A stretch of DNA of 49,267 nucleotides, from positions 87,865,012-87,914,278 of the forward strand of contig NC_057718.1 in assembly GCF_004010195.1 (NCBI RefSeq). Reading direction: 5' to 3'. Below the pieces are notes generated by a model, which saw nothing but the letters and a program-made list of their open reading frames with translations, searched no databases and had not been told where the DNA came from. The stretch is from Chiloscyllium plagiosum (lineage: Eukaryota). Below, piece by piece: positions 1-12,315 of this stretch. The position numbers were made by a program, and so were the translations under genes. Position 1 is the first letter of the stretch, and the number at the start of each line of letters is the position of its first letter.

Positions 1-782
1 GATACAGTCACTACATCCCTCCTCCTCTGAGTCTGAGGAGATAGGCCAGTTCTTTTTTTGTTTTGTAGCTCCTGGAGTGTTTTAGCAGTGGGTCAGATTC
101 TTCCAATTCTGCCTCTGATATGGGCAGCATGTAATGTGCAATTTCTTGCCTCTTGTGCCTGGAGAGTCTTGGAAGAAATCCATTCTCTTCTTCAAGCGGC
201 AAAGGTGTTGAGGCGGCGACATCCATGTCCATCTCAGATTCTGAGGTATCTTCAACGCTTGACAGAAAAGGAGACCCACAGGTTCCAGAACAGTCAGAAA
301 GGCTGTCAAGATGTCAGGCACATTTTACTCCTGCACAGTTCGTGAGTTTGCAGCTTTTATATGTTCCACGTACTTGTTCAGGACCATCACATCCACCCAA
401 ACTTTATATGTTATTGGATCTGACCTTGTATCAACCATGCCTTTTATCCATGCACAGAGCATTCCTGTGGTGCCTCCATCAAACTTTGTCCTCTGAAGTA
501 AATTGTCTCTCTCACTTAGTGGAGTCTTGCATTCTTGATGTGTTTTCCACCCCCTCCCCCTCACCCAATACATCCAGGAAGATCCAATTTAACCCGGTGT
601 GGAGTGTTCTCCCCATTAGCAATTCTGCTGGAGCTATCCCTGTAGTTGCATGAGGGGTAAGCCCAATAATCAAATAGGAACCAGGACAGTTTGGTACCTA
701 TTGAAGCTGTAGGTTGTTTCTTTAAGCTTGCCTTCAAAATTTGGACTGCCCTTTCTGCCAGGCCATTGGACAATGGATGGTG
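1..782 (-). mobile_element. Gypsy/Ty3 LTR retrotransposon 3' remnant: integrase C-terminus, polypurine tract and start of 3' LTR
   Basis: Minus-strand HPLSNGLAERAVQILKASLKK (integrase catalytic-E region) and W-x-x-G-x-V...PITYKV C-terminal motif, frameshifted. Purine tract AGAGGAGGAGGGA (16-28) directly precedes TGTAGTG (LTR start, TG at 15-14). Confidence 0.8.
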
Positions 783-1400
783 TGGAAAGGGAGGTGATTG
801 AGGAGAGTTTGTCTATTGAGTCAGTATGGGTGGAAGTCAGAAACAGGAAAGTAGCAGGTACTTTATTGGGAGTTTTCTACAGAGTTGCCAAGAGCAAAAG
901 TGATACAGAGGAGCAGATTGAGAGGCAGATTTTGGAAAGGTGCAGAAGTAACAGGGCTGTTGTCCTAGGTGACTTCAACTTCCCTAATATCGATTGGAAC
1001 ATCCTCAGTGCAAATAGTTTGGATGGAGCAAACTTTGTCAGGAGTGTCCAGGAAGGATCCCTGACTCAAGGGGATGACTAGAGGGGAGGCCATATTGGAT
1101 TTAACGCTTGGCAACAAATCAGGCCAGGTGTCACATCTCTCACTGAGACAGCATTTCGGTGATAGTGATCACAACTATAGTCATGGAGAGGGATAGGAGC
1201 AGACGATATGGGAAAGTAATAATTTGGGGAGGGGAATTACAACACTATTAGGCAGGAACATTGGAGCATAAATGAGAACAGATGTTCTTAGGGAAACGCA
1301 CATCAAAAATGTGGAGGTTGTTTAGGCAGTACTTGCTGCAAGTGCTAGGTAGGTTTGTCCCACTGAGGCAAGGAAAGAATGGTAGGGAGAAAGAGCCTTG
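783..1400 (+). mobile_element. CR1-clade LINE ORF2 fragment (apurinic endonuclease domain)
   Basis: ESVWVEVRN...LLGVFYR...VLGDFNFPNIDW and SDH motifs; ends at REKEPW; contains stops and frameshifts. Confidence 0.85.
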
Positions 1401-1572
1401 GGTGCTGGAGATTAGAGTCAAGATTAGAGTGGTGCCGAAAATGCACAGCAAGTCTGGCAGTATCCGAGGAGCAAGAAATCCTGATGAAGTGCTCCTGCCC
1501 GAAACATCGATTTTCCTGCTCCTTGGATGCTGCCTGACCTGCTTGCTGTGCATTTCCAGCACCACTCTAATC
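1401..1572 (+). mobile_element. Short palindromic Penelope-derived element with decayed hammerhead core
   Basis: Inverted arms AGATTAGAGTGGTGC.../...GCACCACTCTAATCT around CTGATGA (1481-1487)...GCCCGAAACATC (GAAACATC at 1501-1508). Confidence 0.7.
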
Positions 1573-1577
1573 TTTAT

Positions 1578-4470
1578 TAATTTTCTCCCCATTTAGAAAA
1601 TAGTCTATGCCTCTTTTCTTCCACCAAGCTTCATGACCTCACAGTTTGCCGTGCTGTACTCCATCTACCACTTCTTTGCCCACCCTCTTAACCTGTCCAA
1701 ATCCTTCTGCAGTCTCCTTGCTGCCTGAATGCTACCTGTCCGTCTACCTATCTTTGTATCATCTGCAAACTTAGCCAGAATGCCCTCCGTTCCTTCATCT
1801 AGATCGTTAATGAAAAACTGTGGTCCCAATACTGAGTCTTGCAGAACACCACTTGTCATTGGCTGCCACCCTGAGAAGAACACTTTTATCCCCACTGTCT
1901 GCTTTCAGTCAGACAGCCAGGCTTCTCTCTATGCTAGCACCTTGCCTCTGACACTGTTCTTCCTGACCTCTCCGCCCCCACCCCAGTCTGACCTATCACC
2001 CTCACCTTGACCTCTTTCCACCTATCACATTTCCGACGCCCCTCCCCCAAGTCCCTCCTCCCTACCTTTTATCTTAGCCTGCTGGACAAACTTTCCTCAT
2101 TCCTGAAGAAGGGCTTATGCCCGAAACGTCGATTCTCCTGTTCCCTGGATGCTGCCTGACCTGCTGCGCTTTTCCAGCAACACATTTTCAGCTCTGATCT
2201 CCAGCATCTGCAGACCTCATTTTCACCACACTCAGTAGCCTCATGTGTGGTATCTTGTCAAAGGCCTTCTTGAAGTCCAGATAGATAACGTCCATTGGTT
2301 CTCCTTAGTCTAATCTGCTCGTTACTTCCTTAAAGAATTCTAGCAAATTTGTCAGGCATGACCTACCCTTGATAAAACCATGCTAACTCTGCCCTTTTTT
2401 TACCATACACTTGCAAGTATTCTGGAATCTCCTCCTTCATGATGGATTCCAGGATCTTACCCATGACCAATGTTAGACTAATTGGTCTGTAATTTCTTTG
2501 TCTTCTGCCTTACTCCCTTTTTAAACAGGGTGTTACATTAGCGATTTTCCAGCCCTCTGATTCTAGTGATTCCTGAAAGATTACGCCTTCACTATCTCTT
2601 CAGCTATCACTCTTAGAATTGTAGAGTGTAATCCTTTTGGTCCATGTGATTTATCCACCTTCAGGCCATTCAGTTTTTCTAGCACCTTCTCCTTGGTGAT
2701 GGCCACCATACTCAGCTCTTCCCCCTCACGCTCTTGAAGTTTTGGGAAATTACTCGCGTCTTCCATTGTGAAGACTGATGCAAAGTAATTATTCAGTTCC
2801 TCAGCCATTTCTTTGTTCCTCAGTACTATCTCCCCTACATCACTTTCCAGCAGCCCAATCTTCACTTTTCCCTCTCTTTTGCCCGTTATATTTCTAAAGA
2901 AACTCTTACAGTCTTTCTTTATATTACTGGCTAACTTACCCTCCTATTTAATCTGCCTCCTTATTTCTTTTTTTGTTGCCCTTTGTTGATTGTTGTAAGC
3001 TTCCCAATCCTCTGGTTTCCCACTTTACTTTCTTATCTACTTTATCTGCTATCCCTGACTTCCCTAATCAGTCATGGTTGCCTCATCCTCCCTGTGCCAT
3101 GCTCCTTTTTCCTCAGGATGAATCTCTGCTGTGTCTCCTGAATTGCCCCCAACAACTCCTGCCATTTCTGTTGCACTGTCTTTCCCGCTAGGCTCCTCTC
3201 CCAGTCAATTCTACCCAGCTCCTCCCTCGTGCCTCTATAGTTACTTGTATTCAGCTGAAATACTGTTACCTTGGATTCTATCTTCTCTCTCTCAAATTGC
3301 AGAGTAAATTCGATCATGTTATGATCACTGCTTCCTAAGGGTTCCTTCATCTTAAGTTCCCTTATCAAGTTTGCCTCATTACACAACAGTAAATCCAGTA
3401 TTGCCTGTTCCCTAGTGGGCTTCATCACAAGCTGTTCCAAAAGCCATCTCGTACATATTCCACAAATTCCTTTACTTGCGAACTAATTCCAACCTGATTT
3501 TTCCCAGTCCTTCTGCATATTGAAATCCTTCATGATCACTGTAACTTTGCCTTTCATACACATCTTTTCTACCTCTTGATGTACCTTGCTCCCCAACTCC
3601 TGACTACTGTTTGGAGGCCTATACATGACTCCAACAATGGCATTTTTACCTTTGCAGTTCCTCAATTCTACCCACACAGATTCTACACCATCTGACCCTA
3701 CTTCATTTCTTACTATTGATTTACTACTAATAGGGCAACACCACCCCCTTTGCCCACCTGCCTATCTTTTCAATAGGATCTATATCCTTGAATATTCAGC
3801 TCCCATTCCTGATCCCCTTGCAGCCATGGTCTCTGTGATGCCCACTATGTCATACCTGCCGATTTTGATCTGCACCACAACCTCATTTACCTTCAGATGT
3901 AAGACTGTTAGTCCTGTATTAACCATCCCTCTTCTCGTTGTCCAGTGTGCTTGAAGTTTGATTGCTAACTGTTTCTGGATATTCTGTCCTATTTGTGTAT
4001 GTGCTGGAGATTTTAATAACTTCTCCTAAGTTCTGCACTCTTACCTCCTTTTAATTTTGAGTTTTCTAATTTCCCCTAAAACTGAACCCTCCACCATCCA
4101 CCCCCCAAAATTCCCCATCCACTATTTAGTTTAAAGCCCTATCTACAGCCCTAGTTATGTGATTCACCAGGACTCTGGTCCCAGCAGGCTCAGATGAAGA
4201 CTGTCCCATTGGAACAGATCCCTTCTTCCCCATTAGTGGTATCAATGTCCCATGAATTCGAACCCATTTCTCCCATACCAGTCTTTGAGCTACACATTTA
4301 CCTACTTAATCTTATCAACCCTGTGCCAATTAGGTCGTGTATCAGGTAAGTAATCCAGAGATTATTACCCTTTTGGTTCTGCTTTTTAATTTAGCTCCTA
4401 GCTGTTCATACTCCCTCAGCAGAATCTCGGCCCTAGTTTATCCATGTCATTGGTACCCAAGTGGATTACA
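1578..4470 (-). mobile_element. CR1-clade LINE, degraded: ORF1 esterase + endonuclease + RT, 3' end missing
   Basis: ORF1 IHLGTNDM (SGNH esterase block) near 4440-4465; WVELRN..GVMYRPP, SDHNMI, LNNYFASVFT, KFADDTKIG in ORF track (3483-3677, 3072-3440, 2581-2865, 1665-1895). Confidence 0.9.
1955..2226 (+). mobile_element. Penelope-derived 3' terminal fragment with intact hammerhead core, inserted in CR1
   Basis: C-rich tract, then CTGAAGA-A-GGGC-TTAT-GCCC-GAAACGTC (2103-2130), then the shared GATGCTGCCTGACCTGCTG..TTTTCCAGCA tail. Confidence 0.75.
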
Positions 4471-4544
4471 ACCACAAGATTCAATTTAGCACAGATTCAA
4501 ATTTAGCAGATCCCTTATGAGCCAATCATCACAGCCCTCCTGTG

Positions 4545-4821
4545 ACATCACCTGATAGTGCCTCAGAGTTAAAGGAGGCTTGGGGTTGTAAAATTCCTTA
4601 ACTAAATTTGTCCACTCTTGAAAAGTTTTAGTATCTGGTGCCTCAGGGAAAGTCAGGCTCCTAATAACCAAAAAAGCTGCAGGTCCACAGCTGTCAGAAG
4701 AATTACTCATTGATTTTCATCTGCCCCAATGTCATTTGCCCATTTTAAAAAAAAAAGGATTCTTTCCACAAACAGTTCCCAATCTTTAGCAGAATTGAAC
4801 AAGTTTACCAAATAATGGCAT
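4545..4821 (-). mobile_element. Gypsy gag N-terminal fragment
   Basis: ATG at 4821-4819: MPLFGKL...AKDWELFVER...CGPAAFLVIRSLTFPEAPDTKTFQEWTNLVKEFYNPKP, frameshifted; resembles Gypsy (K02A2.6-like) Gag. Confidence 0.7.
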
Positions 4822-4849
4822 GATTCCAGAACTGCCTTGTTTCTGACTG

Positions 4850-5785
4850 TATACACCTACATTTTGTCTTCACTAATCCTGTTGTCTTCAAATATCTATA
4901 GTAGCTTTTGCTTATTTTCTCTGCAAGCCTGCTCGCGGACTGTCTTTTCCCCCTTTGTCAATCAATCCCTTTGATATCCTTTGCTGAAATCTAAATTTCT
5001 TCAAATCTTCAGTTCTGTTGCCTTTTTGGCCAATTTATATGCCCTGTCCTTGGATCTAATATGATCCCTAATTTCCCTTGTTACCCATGTCTGGATTACC
5101 TTTTCCATTTTGACTGGTGCCAGACAGAAATGAACAATTGTTGCAGGTCGTCCATACACTCTTTAAAGGTCTGCCATTGTCTATTCGCCATCATCCCATT
5201 AAGTAACATTCCCCAATTTATCATAGGCAGTTTAGGCCTCATACCATTGTAGTTTCTGTTATTTTGATTTCAGACACCTTAGGCTCTTAGTCTTAGAATC
5301 AACTACATCATTCTCCATCTTAATGAAGAATTCTATCATATTATGGTCATGTTCCCAAGAAACCTTGCAAAGCTAGGTGGCAATTATTCCTTTCTCATTA
5401 CGCAGTACGGAGTTTAGGATGGTCTATTCTCTAATTGGTTTATTAATGTATTGACCCAGAAAACCATCTTGTAGACATTCCAGGAATTCGTCCTGTATGG
5501 TATTATTGATTTGATTTTTCCAATCTCTATTGAAGTTTGAGCTATATAATTCCATACTCCTATAATTATGGCTTGCATCTCTAATTTCCAGTTTAATGCC
5601 TTCCCCAGCATTCCACTACAGTTTTAGTGTCTATATACAATTCCCCATTATCATTTTCTGCCCATTGGTGCTTCTATGTTTTACCCATATAGCTTCCATT
5701 TCACTGGAGGTAACATCCTTTCTCACAATTGCATTAAACACTCTTTACCCAAAAATGCTACCCCATCTCCTTTTCATTTTTGAAG
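4850..5785 (-). mobile_element. Old CR1 endonuclease-region fragment (continues about 6340-6715)
   Basis: Decayed homology to the EN region of the other CR1 copies (DHNMIEFF, ILNSVLRN-like segments). Confidence 0.65.
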
Positions 5786-6140
5786 AAAGTGAGGACTTCA
5801 GATGCTGGAAAGTCAGAGTCAAAAAGTGTGGTCCTGGAAAAGCACAGCGGGTCAGGCAGAATCCGATGAGCAGGAGAATCAATGTTTCAGGCATAAGCCC
5901 TTCCTCAGGATTGTGGGGATGGAGGAGATGATCTGGGGGGTGCAGTGGAAGATAGACTCCTTGTGGAGGAGAACTTCTTCAAGGTGGGCATCCTTGGAAG
6001 AGGCTTTGCAGTGAGAAATTGAGGACTGCAGTTGCAAGAGAATCAGAGTCGAAAAGTATGGTGCTGGAAAAGCACAGCAGGTCACGCAGCATCCGAGGAG
6101 CATGAGAATTGACGTTTCATGCGTAAGCCCTTCATCAGGA
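5785..6140 (-). mobile_element. Tandem pair of Penelope-derived hammerhead units with a short spacer
   Basis: Two direct copies of the GGAAAAGCACAGC..GGTCA..CAG..TCCGA..AGCA unit, each ending in a minus-strand core (5881-5908 decayed; 6111-6138 CTGATGA..GAAACGTC). Confidence 0.7.
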
Positions 6141-6235
6141 GTATGGGGGCATTGTTTGTTAAAGAGGAATTAATGCAATTGTGAGGAAGAATGCTACCCT
6201 CAATGACATGGAATCTATACGGGTAGAGCATAGAA

Positions 6236-6335
6236 TCACATTCCTGATGAAGGGCTTATACCTGAACATTGACTCTCCTTCCCTTGAATGCTGCCTGACC
6301 TGCTGTGCTTTTCCAGTGCCACATTTTTTGACTTC
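6236..6335 (+). mobile_element. Penelope-derived hammerhead unit (decayed)
   Basis: CTGATGAAGGGCTTATACCTGAACATTG...GCTGCCTGACCTGCTGTGCTTTTCCAG. Confidence 0.65.
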
Positions 6336-6999
6336 CTTTCACTTTTGTCTGTCCTTCCTAAAAAAAAACTGAATGCCCCTGAATATTCATTTCCCATCAC
6401 CTGGTCACACTGCAGCTATGTCTCAGTGATTCCCAACTATATATACCTAGTTATGTCTATTTGCACAACTAATACATCCACTGTATTATTAATTTCCATG
6501 CGTAAACTTACAAGGCTTTTTAACATTCTTAGTCCTATTCACATTATTTGCAAAGTGACCCTCTTTGACTCTTGACCTTGAGTTCTCTGCCCATCACTTC
6601 TTATTTCTGGTTCTATGTTTTGTTTTTGTCCTTGTTTTTCTCTCTCTTCTGTCTCCCTATAGATTCCTATCCCCCTGTTATTTTAATTTAAACCGTCCCC
6701 AATTGCACCAGCAAATGAAGTGAGCTATTTCAGGGAACTAAACCCTTCTCATGTAAATAAAAAACAAAGTATTGCGGATAGTAAAAATCTTAAAATAAAG
6801 TGCTGGAAAAATCTCAGCAGTTTCGACAGCATCTGTATACAAAGAGAATGAAGTAAAAATTGGCAGTTTTCTGATCGTAAAGGTAATCAGCTAAGTATAT
6901 TGCATCAGACCTCCACAACCACCAACCATTACAATAAAGCTGGAATTCAGATTGGTGAATTGATCAGATTACTTTCTTGTCCTCAGTGCAACAGGACAT

Positions 7000-8275
7000 G
7001 GACTCAGAGTCATACAGCACAGAAATAAACCTTTCTGTCCAATTAGTCCACGCTGAGCATGTTCCCAAACTAAACTCGTTCCATCTGCCTGCATTTGGCC
7101 TATATCCCTCCAAACCTGTCCTTTCCATGTACTGATCCAAATGTCTTTTAAATGTTGTAACTACCTCCATCTGCCACTTTCTCTGAAGTTCATTCTATAC
7201 ACTGTGTGAAAGAAAAAGTTGCCCCTCATTCTTTTAAAATCTTTCTCCTCTCAGCCTAAAAATATGTCCCCTAGTTTTGAACTCACCCACCTTAGGGAAA
7301 AGATTTTGGTATTCACCTTATCAATGCTGCTCATAATTTTATAAACCTCCTATAAGGTTTCCAGTTAACTTCCTACATTCCATTGAAAATGTCCCAGCCT
7401 ATTTTTATAACTGAAACCCTCTGTTCTTAGTAACATCCTGGTAATTTTTTCTGAACCCTCTTCAGTTTAATAATATTCTTCGTCTAACAGGGCAACCAGA
7501 ACTGCATTCACTTCTCCAGAAGAGGCCTCATCAATGTCCTGCATAACCTCAATATGATGTCCCAACTCCTATACTCAAAGCAATGAAGGCAAGTGTGCTA
7601 AAAGCCACCTTAACAACCCTATCAACCTATGATGCAAGTTTCAAAGAATAATGTACCTGAATCCCTAGGTGTCCATTTTCTACAACACCACTCAGGGCTC
7701 TACCATTAATTGTACAAGTCCTGCCCTTGTTTGTTTTACCAAAATACAATAACTCTCATATCCTTTAATGTCCTTTATGCAAATTATACTCCATCTGCCA
7801 TTCCTCAGCCATTGACCAAATTGATCAAGATCTCCTTGTAATTTGGATAATCTTCACTGTCCACTATACCACCAATTTTGATGTCATCTGTAAATTTACT
7901 GACCATGGCTCCTGTATTGTCACCCAAATTATTTATATAAATGATAAAACAAAATGAACCCAATACCAGTCCCTGTGAACACTGCTGCTCACAGGCCTCC
8001 ATTCTGAAAAACAACCCTCCACCTGTCTCCTACCATAAAGCCAATTTTGTATCCAATGGGCAAGCTCACCCTGAATCCCAGGTGACCTAACTTTCCTAAT
8101 TAGTCTACCATGCAGAATCTTCTCAAAAGTTTTAATAAAGACCAAGTAAACAAACATCTACCGCTCTGCCTTCATCAATCTTGTTGGTTAGTTCATCAAA
8201 GTACTCAATCAAATTTGTGAGACATAATTTCCCCCACACGAAACGATGCTGACTGTCCTTAATCATTCTTTGCCT
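7000..8275 (-). mobile_element. CR1/HER1-type LINE, 3' RT half with 3' UTR
   Basis: CLTNLIEYFDE, KFTDDIKIGG, TFKRHLD motifs; 3' tail GTGCTGTATGACTCTGAGTC. Confidence 0.85.
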
Positions 8276-8609
8276 CAAGGTTGGATGCAAAAATGTACTT
8301 TGCCAATCCCAAACTATATCCCTAGCAATGAATGTCAACAATTATATGAAGCAGATAACTATGTCTTTATTGCAGATTTATAGTAAACAAAAAAAATCTG
8401 TTCTACTTATAAAGCACCTTGACAACTGTTTCAATGAAGGTTGTCAAATGAAACTACAAATAGGATGGGTTGAACTGTCTCCAGTAGATCCCATCTACCA
8501 TTGAGCAAGTTTTTGAAAATCAGTGATTCTGAAGAAAATATCTTGATTTCCTGGATTCTGAACTGTGGTTTATGTTTCTTCCCCACTTGTTTTAATTATA
8601 TATTAGATG

Positions 8610-8900
8610 TTGGCTGTGGTTCAGTGGGTAGCATTCTTGCTTCTGAGTCAGGCAGTTGTGGGTTTGAGTAACATTCTAAGAAACATGATCGCAAAATGCA
8701 GACTGACAGGATAGTACTGGAGGAATATGGCACTGTTGAAGATCATGTATTTCAGCTGAGACTATTTTGATGAATGTAATGAACTCACATCATGATTTCA
8801 AAAGAATAGCAGAGTTTTCCCTCAGTCAACCTCATGGGAACTGATTATTTGATCCTTCCTTTATTGTTCCTGTGTTCAAATTGGCTGCTGTGTTTCTGTA
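8610..8900 (+). mobile_element. Ancient tRNA-derived SINE (DeuSINE/SacSINE1-like), decayed
   Basis: A-box-like TGGTTCAGTGGGTAGC and B-box-like GGTTTGAGT, then AAATTGGCTGCTGTGTTT shared with other copies. Confidence 0.5.
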
Positions 8901-10042
8901 AGAATGACAATCATAGTCTAACTTGGGAGCTGTTTCTGTTCCTGATCTTCAAAAGGCTCTCCAGCATCAGACCTATATTTCCACAATTAAAGCTAAGCTC
9001 ATCAAGTTAAACAAAGCACTACACCAGCCTTACTCATGTGGAAATCCAGTAGCGTCAGTATATAATGGTCTGAAGATTTCTTTCTGTGTAAGAATATTTA
9101 AGAATTAACTGCTGTGAAAATAACAAAGTCTATAATTGTTATATGTATGTCATTTTGTGTGATTGTATGTAGGGACCTTTTCGTTTCCAGTGAAAGGCCT
9201 CCTACCTTTCCCTTTTAACTGACAGCTATTATTGCACCCTTTCAGCTTCAGTGGGCATGAGGCATTTTTTGTTTACTGCAAATGATAACAAAAACTGCTT
9301 ATTGTTACGACGCTGGGACAACATTTTCCATAAGCACATCAAATGTCTGAAAACTTGCTTGAAAATTACTAATACTTTCCAAGGAAAGATGGCCAATAAA
9401 ATCCTAAATGTGAACTTGTCGGATCTTTCACATCCATCTCAGAGAACAAGTGGGGCCTGAGTTTAATATGTCAACAGCATCTCTGACAGTATAGAACTGC
9501 TTCGGGTCTGGAGTGCAATTTGTACCAAGAACCTTGTATCATTTGTTTAATTCCACTGATGCATAACAGCAGTTCAACAATTACATAAAGCTGATTATGT
9601 ACTCCACTCTCAATGAAAATGTGTAATGTTTTTCCATCATAGCATGAGATTGGTCCTACAACTTGACAGCATCTAAAATCATTGGACTGCCTTCCACTCG
9701 CATTGGCAAGGTGATTGTTATGATGTACCTAGATGATAGGAAATGTTTACAATGGTCTATACACATTTGACAACTTTGCTTCCATTATAGGTTATCAAGT
9801 CCAACAAAAACCACTTGATCATATCGCACACCATATTGGATGCTTGATAATGGCTTGCCAAGATCCAAAATTTGAATATTATGTCATCAAAATATTAATG
9901 TAGTTGTGGCTTTCACATCTAAAGGACATTGCATTAGGCAGAGGTTATCTATTGATAAGGCTTGAGTAGGTGGCGTTGTTCCTTGATAGCCACACTTGTA
10001 CAGCAAAGGCTTCTCTGACACAGCCTAATAGGATTATTTGCC

Positions 10043-10445
10043 ATGGCTCAGTGATAACACATTGACACTGCTGAATCATGAAAGTCATGTGTTCAGGTCT
10101 ATCTCCAGAGCCTCACGTGCCTATTCTATGCTGGCCCTCCAGTGCAATTAATGGTGTTGTCTTTCTGATGAAACATTAAACCAAGGCCCCATCTATCCTG
10201 CCTTGGTGGATGTGAAAGAACCCATGGCACTATTTCACACAAGAGGAAGGGAGAGCTGCCCACCATTGGCCCCATTATTTACCCCTCCATCTAAAACAGA
10301 TTCTCTGGTCATTGCTATTTATAGAAGCTTGTTGTACACAAATTCACTGCTGCATTTCCAACAGAAGAGCTGTGATTACATTTCAGAAGTATTTTTTTGA
10401 CATGAGATTCTTTAGATTGCCATGAAAGTGCTGTATAAATACAAG
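10043..10445 (+). mobile_element. DeuSINE/SacSINE1-like SINE
   Basis: TGGCTCAGTG head; Deu-domain-like GATGAAACATTAAACCAAGGCCCC...GTGGATGTGAAAGAACCCATGGCACTATTT; 3' GCTGTATAAATACAAG. Related relics near 9385-9500(-), 16790-17190(+), 25770-25930(-), 35700-35960(-). Confidence 0.6.
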
Positions 10446-10463
10446 CTGTTCTATCCGGAATGT

Positions 10464-11030
10464 TAGCAATGGCAGAAGTGGTTCCTTCCCAGGGGGTTGG
10501 CAGCGGTGGGTTCCTTTACTGAAATGGTAGTCCCAGGAGATGGCAGCAACAGCAGCAGCAATGTAAGCCAGAATGAGGCACCGGTTACTTCAACATTGTG
10601 GGCCCAGCATCCAATTTGAGGCCAGGCAGCTTCAGCAGTGGTTGCATTGCTGAGATCGAACCAGCGCAGATGCATGAAAGCAACACTGTTGGTGGAGGCA
10701 AGAGGCGCTGAAAAATAGTGACACGGTTCCAGCAGCGGTGGACCAGCTTCAGGACATGAATAGGCTCAGGTACCCAACATGGAGGCAGTGACATTCTGAC
10801 TGTTTCAGTAAGTGGGTACTCAGAGCACCTGAGTGTTTGCAGACTTAGGGATGGACTTTGTGACTTTGTTTTTCTTCTGGACGTTTCCTTTTCTTTTGAT
10901 TGTTTCTTTGATTTCTGCTTCCTGTTTTTAATCTTGTCTTTTGTATATTTCGATGGTGGCAGAGAATGGCAACATTGTACATGTTTCACTGCACTCCTGT
11001 ACTCAAATAAACATGTTAATAAAAATCTAA
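10464..11030 (+). mobile_element. Non-coding GC-rich retroposon with Rex/L2-like 3' tail and 11-bp TSD
   Basis: ATCCGGAATGT (10453-10463) / ATCCAGAATGT (11031-11041); tail TTTCACTGCACTCCTGTACTC...AATAAAAATCTAA. Confidence 0.6.
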
Positions 11031-11657
11031 ATCCAGAATGTATAACCTGGTGCTGCCTCTATGTCTGAGGTGTGGTTGCACCTCCCTGGTTCATGACCTC
11101 ATGAATGGGTCTCATAACTCCAATAAAATTAGAGGTAAATAGCAACAAGGAAATCATGCAGCCAAAGCACGCTGTTAAAATGCATAGTCAAAACAAAAAA
11201 GAAACACTCAGACTAATACTGAGGAGTCCCAACATGCTTTTAAGAAAGGCTAAGGCAGTCAAACAGATATGCCTATATTACACAATGGGGAGATGGCAGT
11301 GGGCAAAGAGCAAACAAAGGTTCATTTGATGTACAATCTCATGGATTGGAAAGTGCAATAGGGTTAAATTGGATGTCAGTGTAGTCTTGAAATACATTTC
11401 TAATATTGCATCTACCAGTTTGGAGTATTGACTCTCAAGTATGCTGATCTGTGTTTCTCGATTGAAAGTTTCCCACAGTTATCCAGCTATGATCAGAACT
11501 GCGTGTTAATACTTCACGTAAAACTTTTTCCATCCTTTATTTTCCCCTATCTTTATTGTACAATCTCTAGTTGAACAAACCAATCATAATCAGTAAAAAT
11601 GTGTACCTCTAAATGTCACCAGATGGATTCAACAGATTTACTGATTTACTGTCAGAA

Positions 11658-11789
11658 ACATTCCTGAAGAAGGGCTCATGCCCGAAACGTCGATTCTCCT
11701 GCTCCTTGGATGCTGCCTGACCTGCTGCGCTTTTCCAGCAACACATTTTCAGCTCTGATCTCCAGCACCTGCAGTCCTCACCTTCTCCA
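11658..11789 (+). mobile_element. Penelope-derived hammerhead unit (intact core)
   Basis: CTGAAGA-A-GGGC-TCAT-GCCC-GAAACGTC (11664-11691) plus shared tail. Confidence 0.75.
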
Positions 11790-12315
11790 TTGAGTATAGG
11801 CCTAGAGTCCTCAAACATTCCTCATATGTTAAGACTTTCATTCTTGGGATCATTCTTGTGAACTTCTTCTGGATATGGATTCCAAAATTACTCACAATAT
11901 TCTTAGCCTCATTACTTCCCTGCTGTTATATTCTTGTCCTCTCGAAATAAATGCCAGCGTTGTATTTGCCTTCTTAACTACCAATTCAACTTGCAAGTTA
12001 ACCTTAAGAGGATCCTGGACTAAGACTTCCAAGTCCCTTTGCATTTCAGATTTCTGAATTTTCTCCCTATTTAGAAAACATTCTATGCCTCTATTCTTCC
12101 GACCAAAGTGCATGGCCTCACACTTTCCTATGTTGTATTCCATTTGCCACTTCTTTGCCCATTGTCCTAACCTGTATTCTGCAGCCTCCCAGCCTCCTCA
12201 ATATTACCTATCCCTCCACCTATCTTTTGCATTATCTGCAAACTTAATCAGAATGCCCTCAGTTCCTTCATCGATATCAGTAACGTATGAAGTGAGAAGT
12301 TGTGGTCCCAATTTA

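Noticed and set aside
1282..1596. Recurrent ORFs containing LLGCCLTCCAFPA or WKSTAGQAAS (also 5879, 6181, 11609, 34104, 37280, 41278) that look like a small cysteine-rich gene family
   Set aside because: They are incidental translations of the repeated hammerhead-unit tail, fused to unrelated flanks in each case.
8419..8497. Two small hairpins (TTGACAAC/GTTGTCAA and GATGGG/CCCATC)
   Set aside because: Stems of 6-8 bp are expected by chance in 49 kb, and no ncRNA motif is recognisable.
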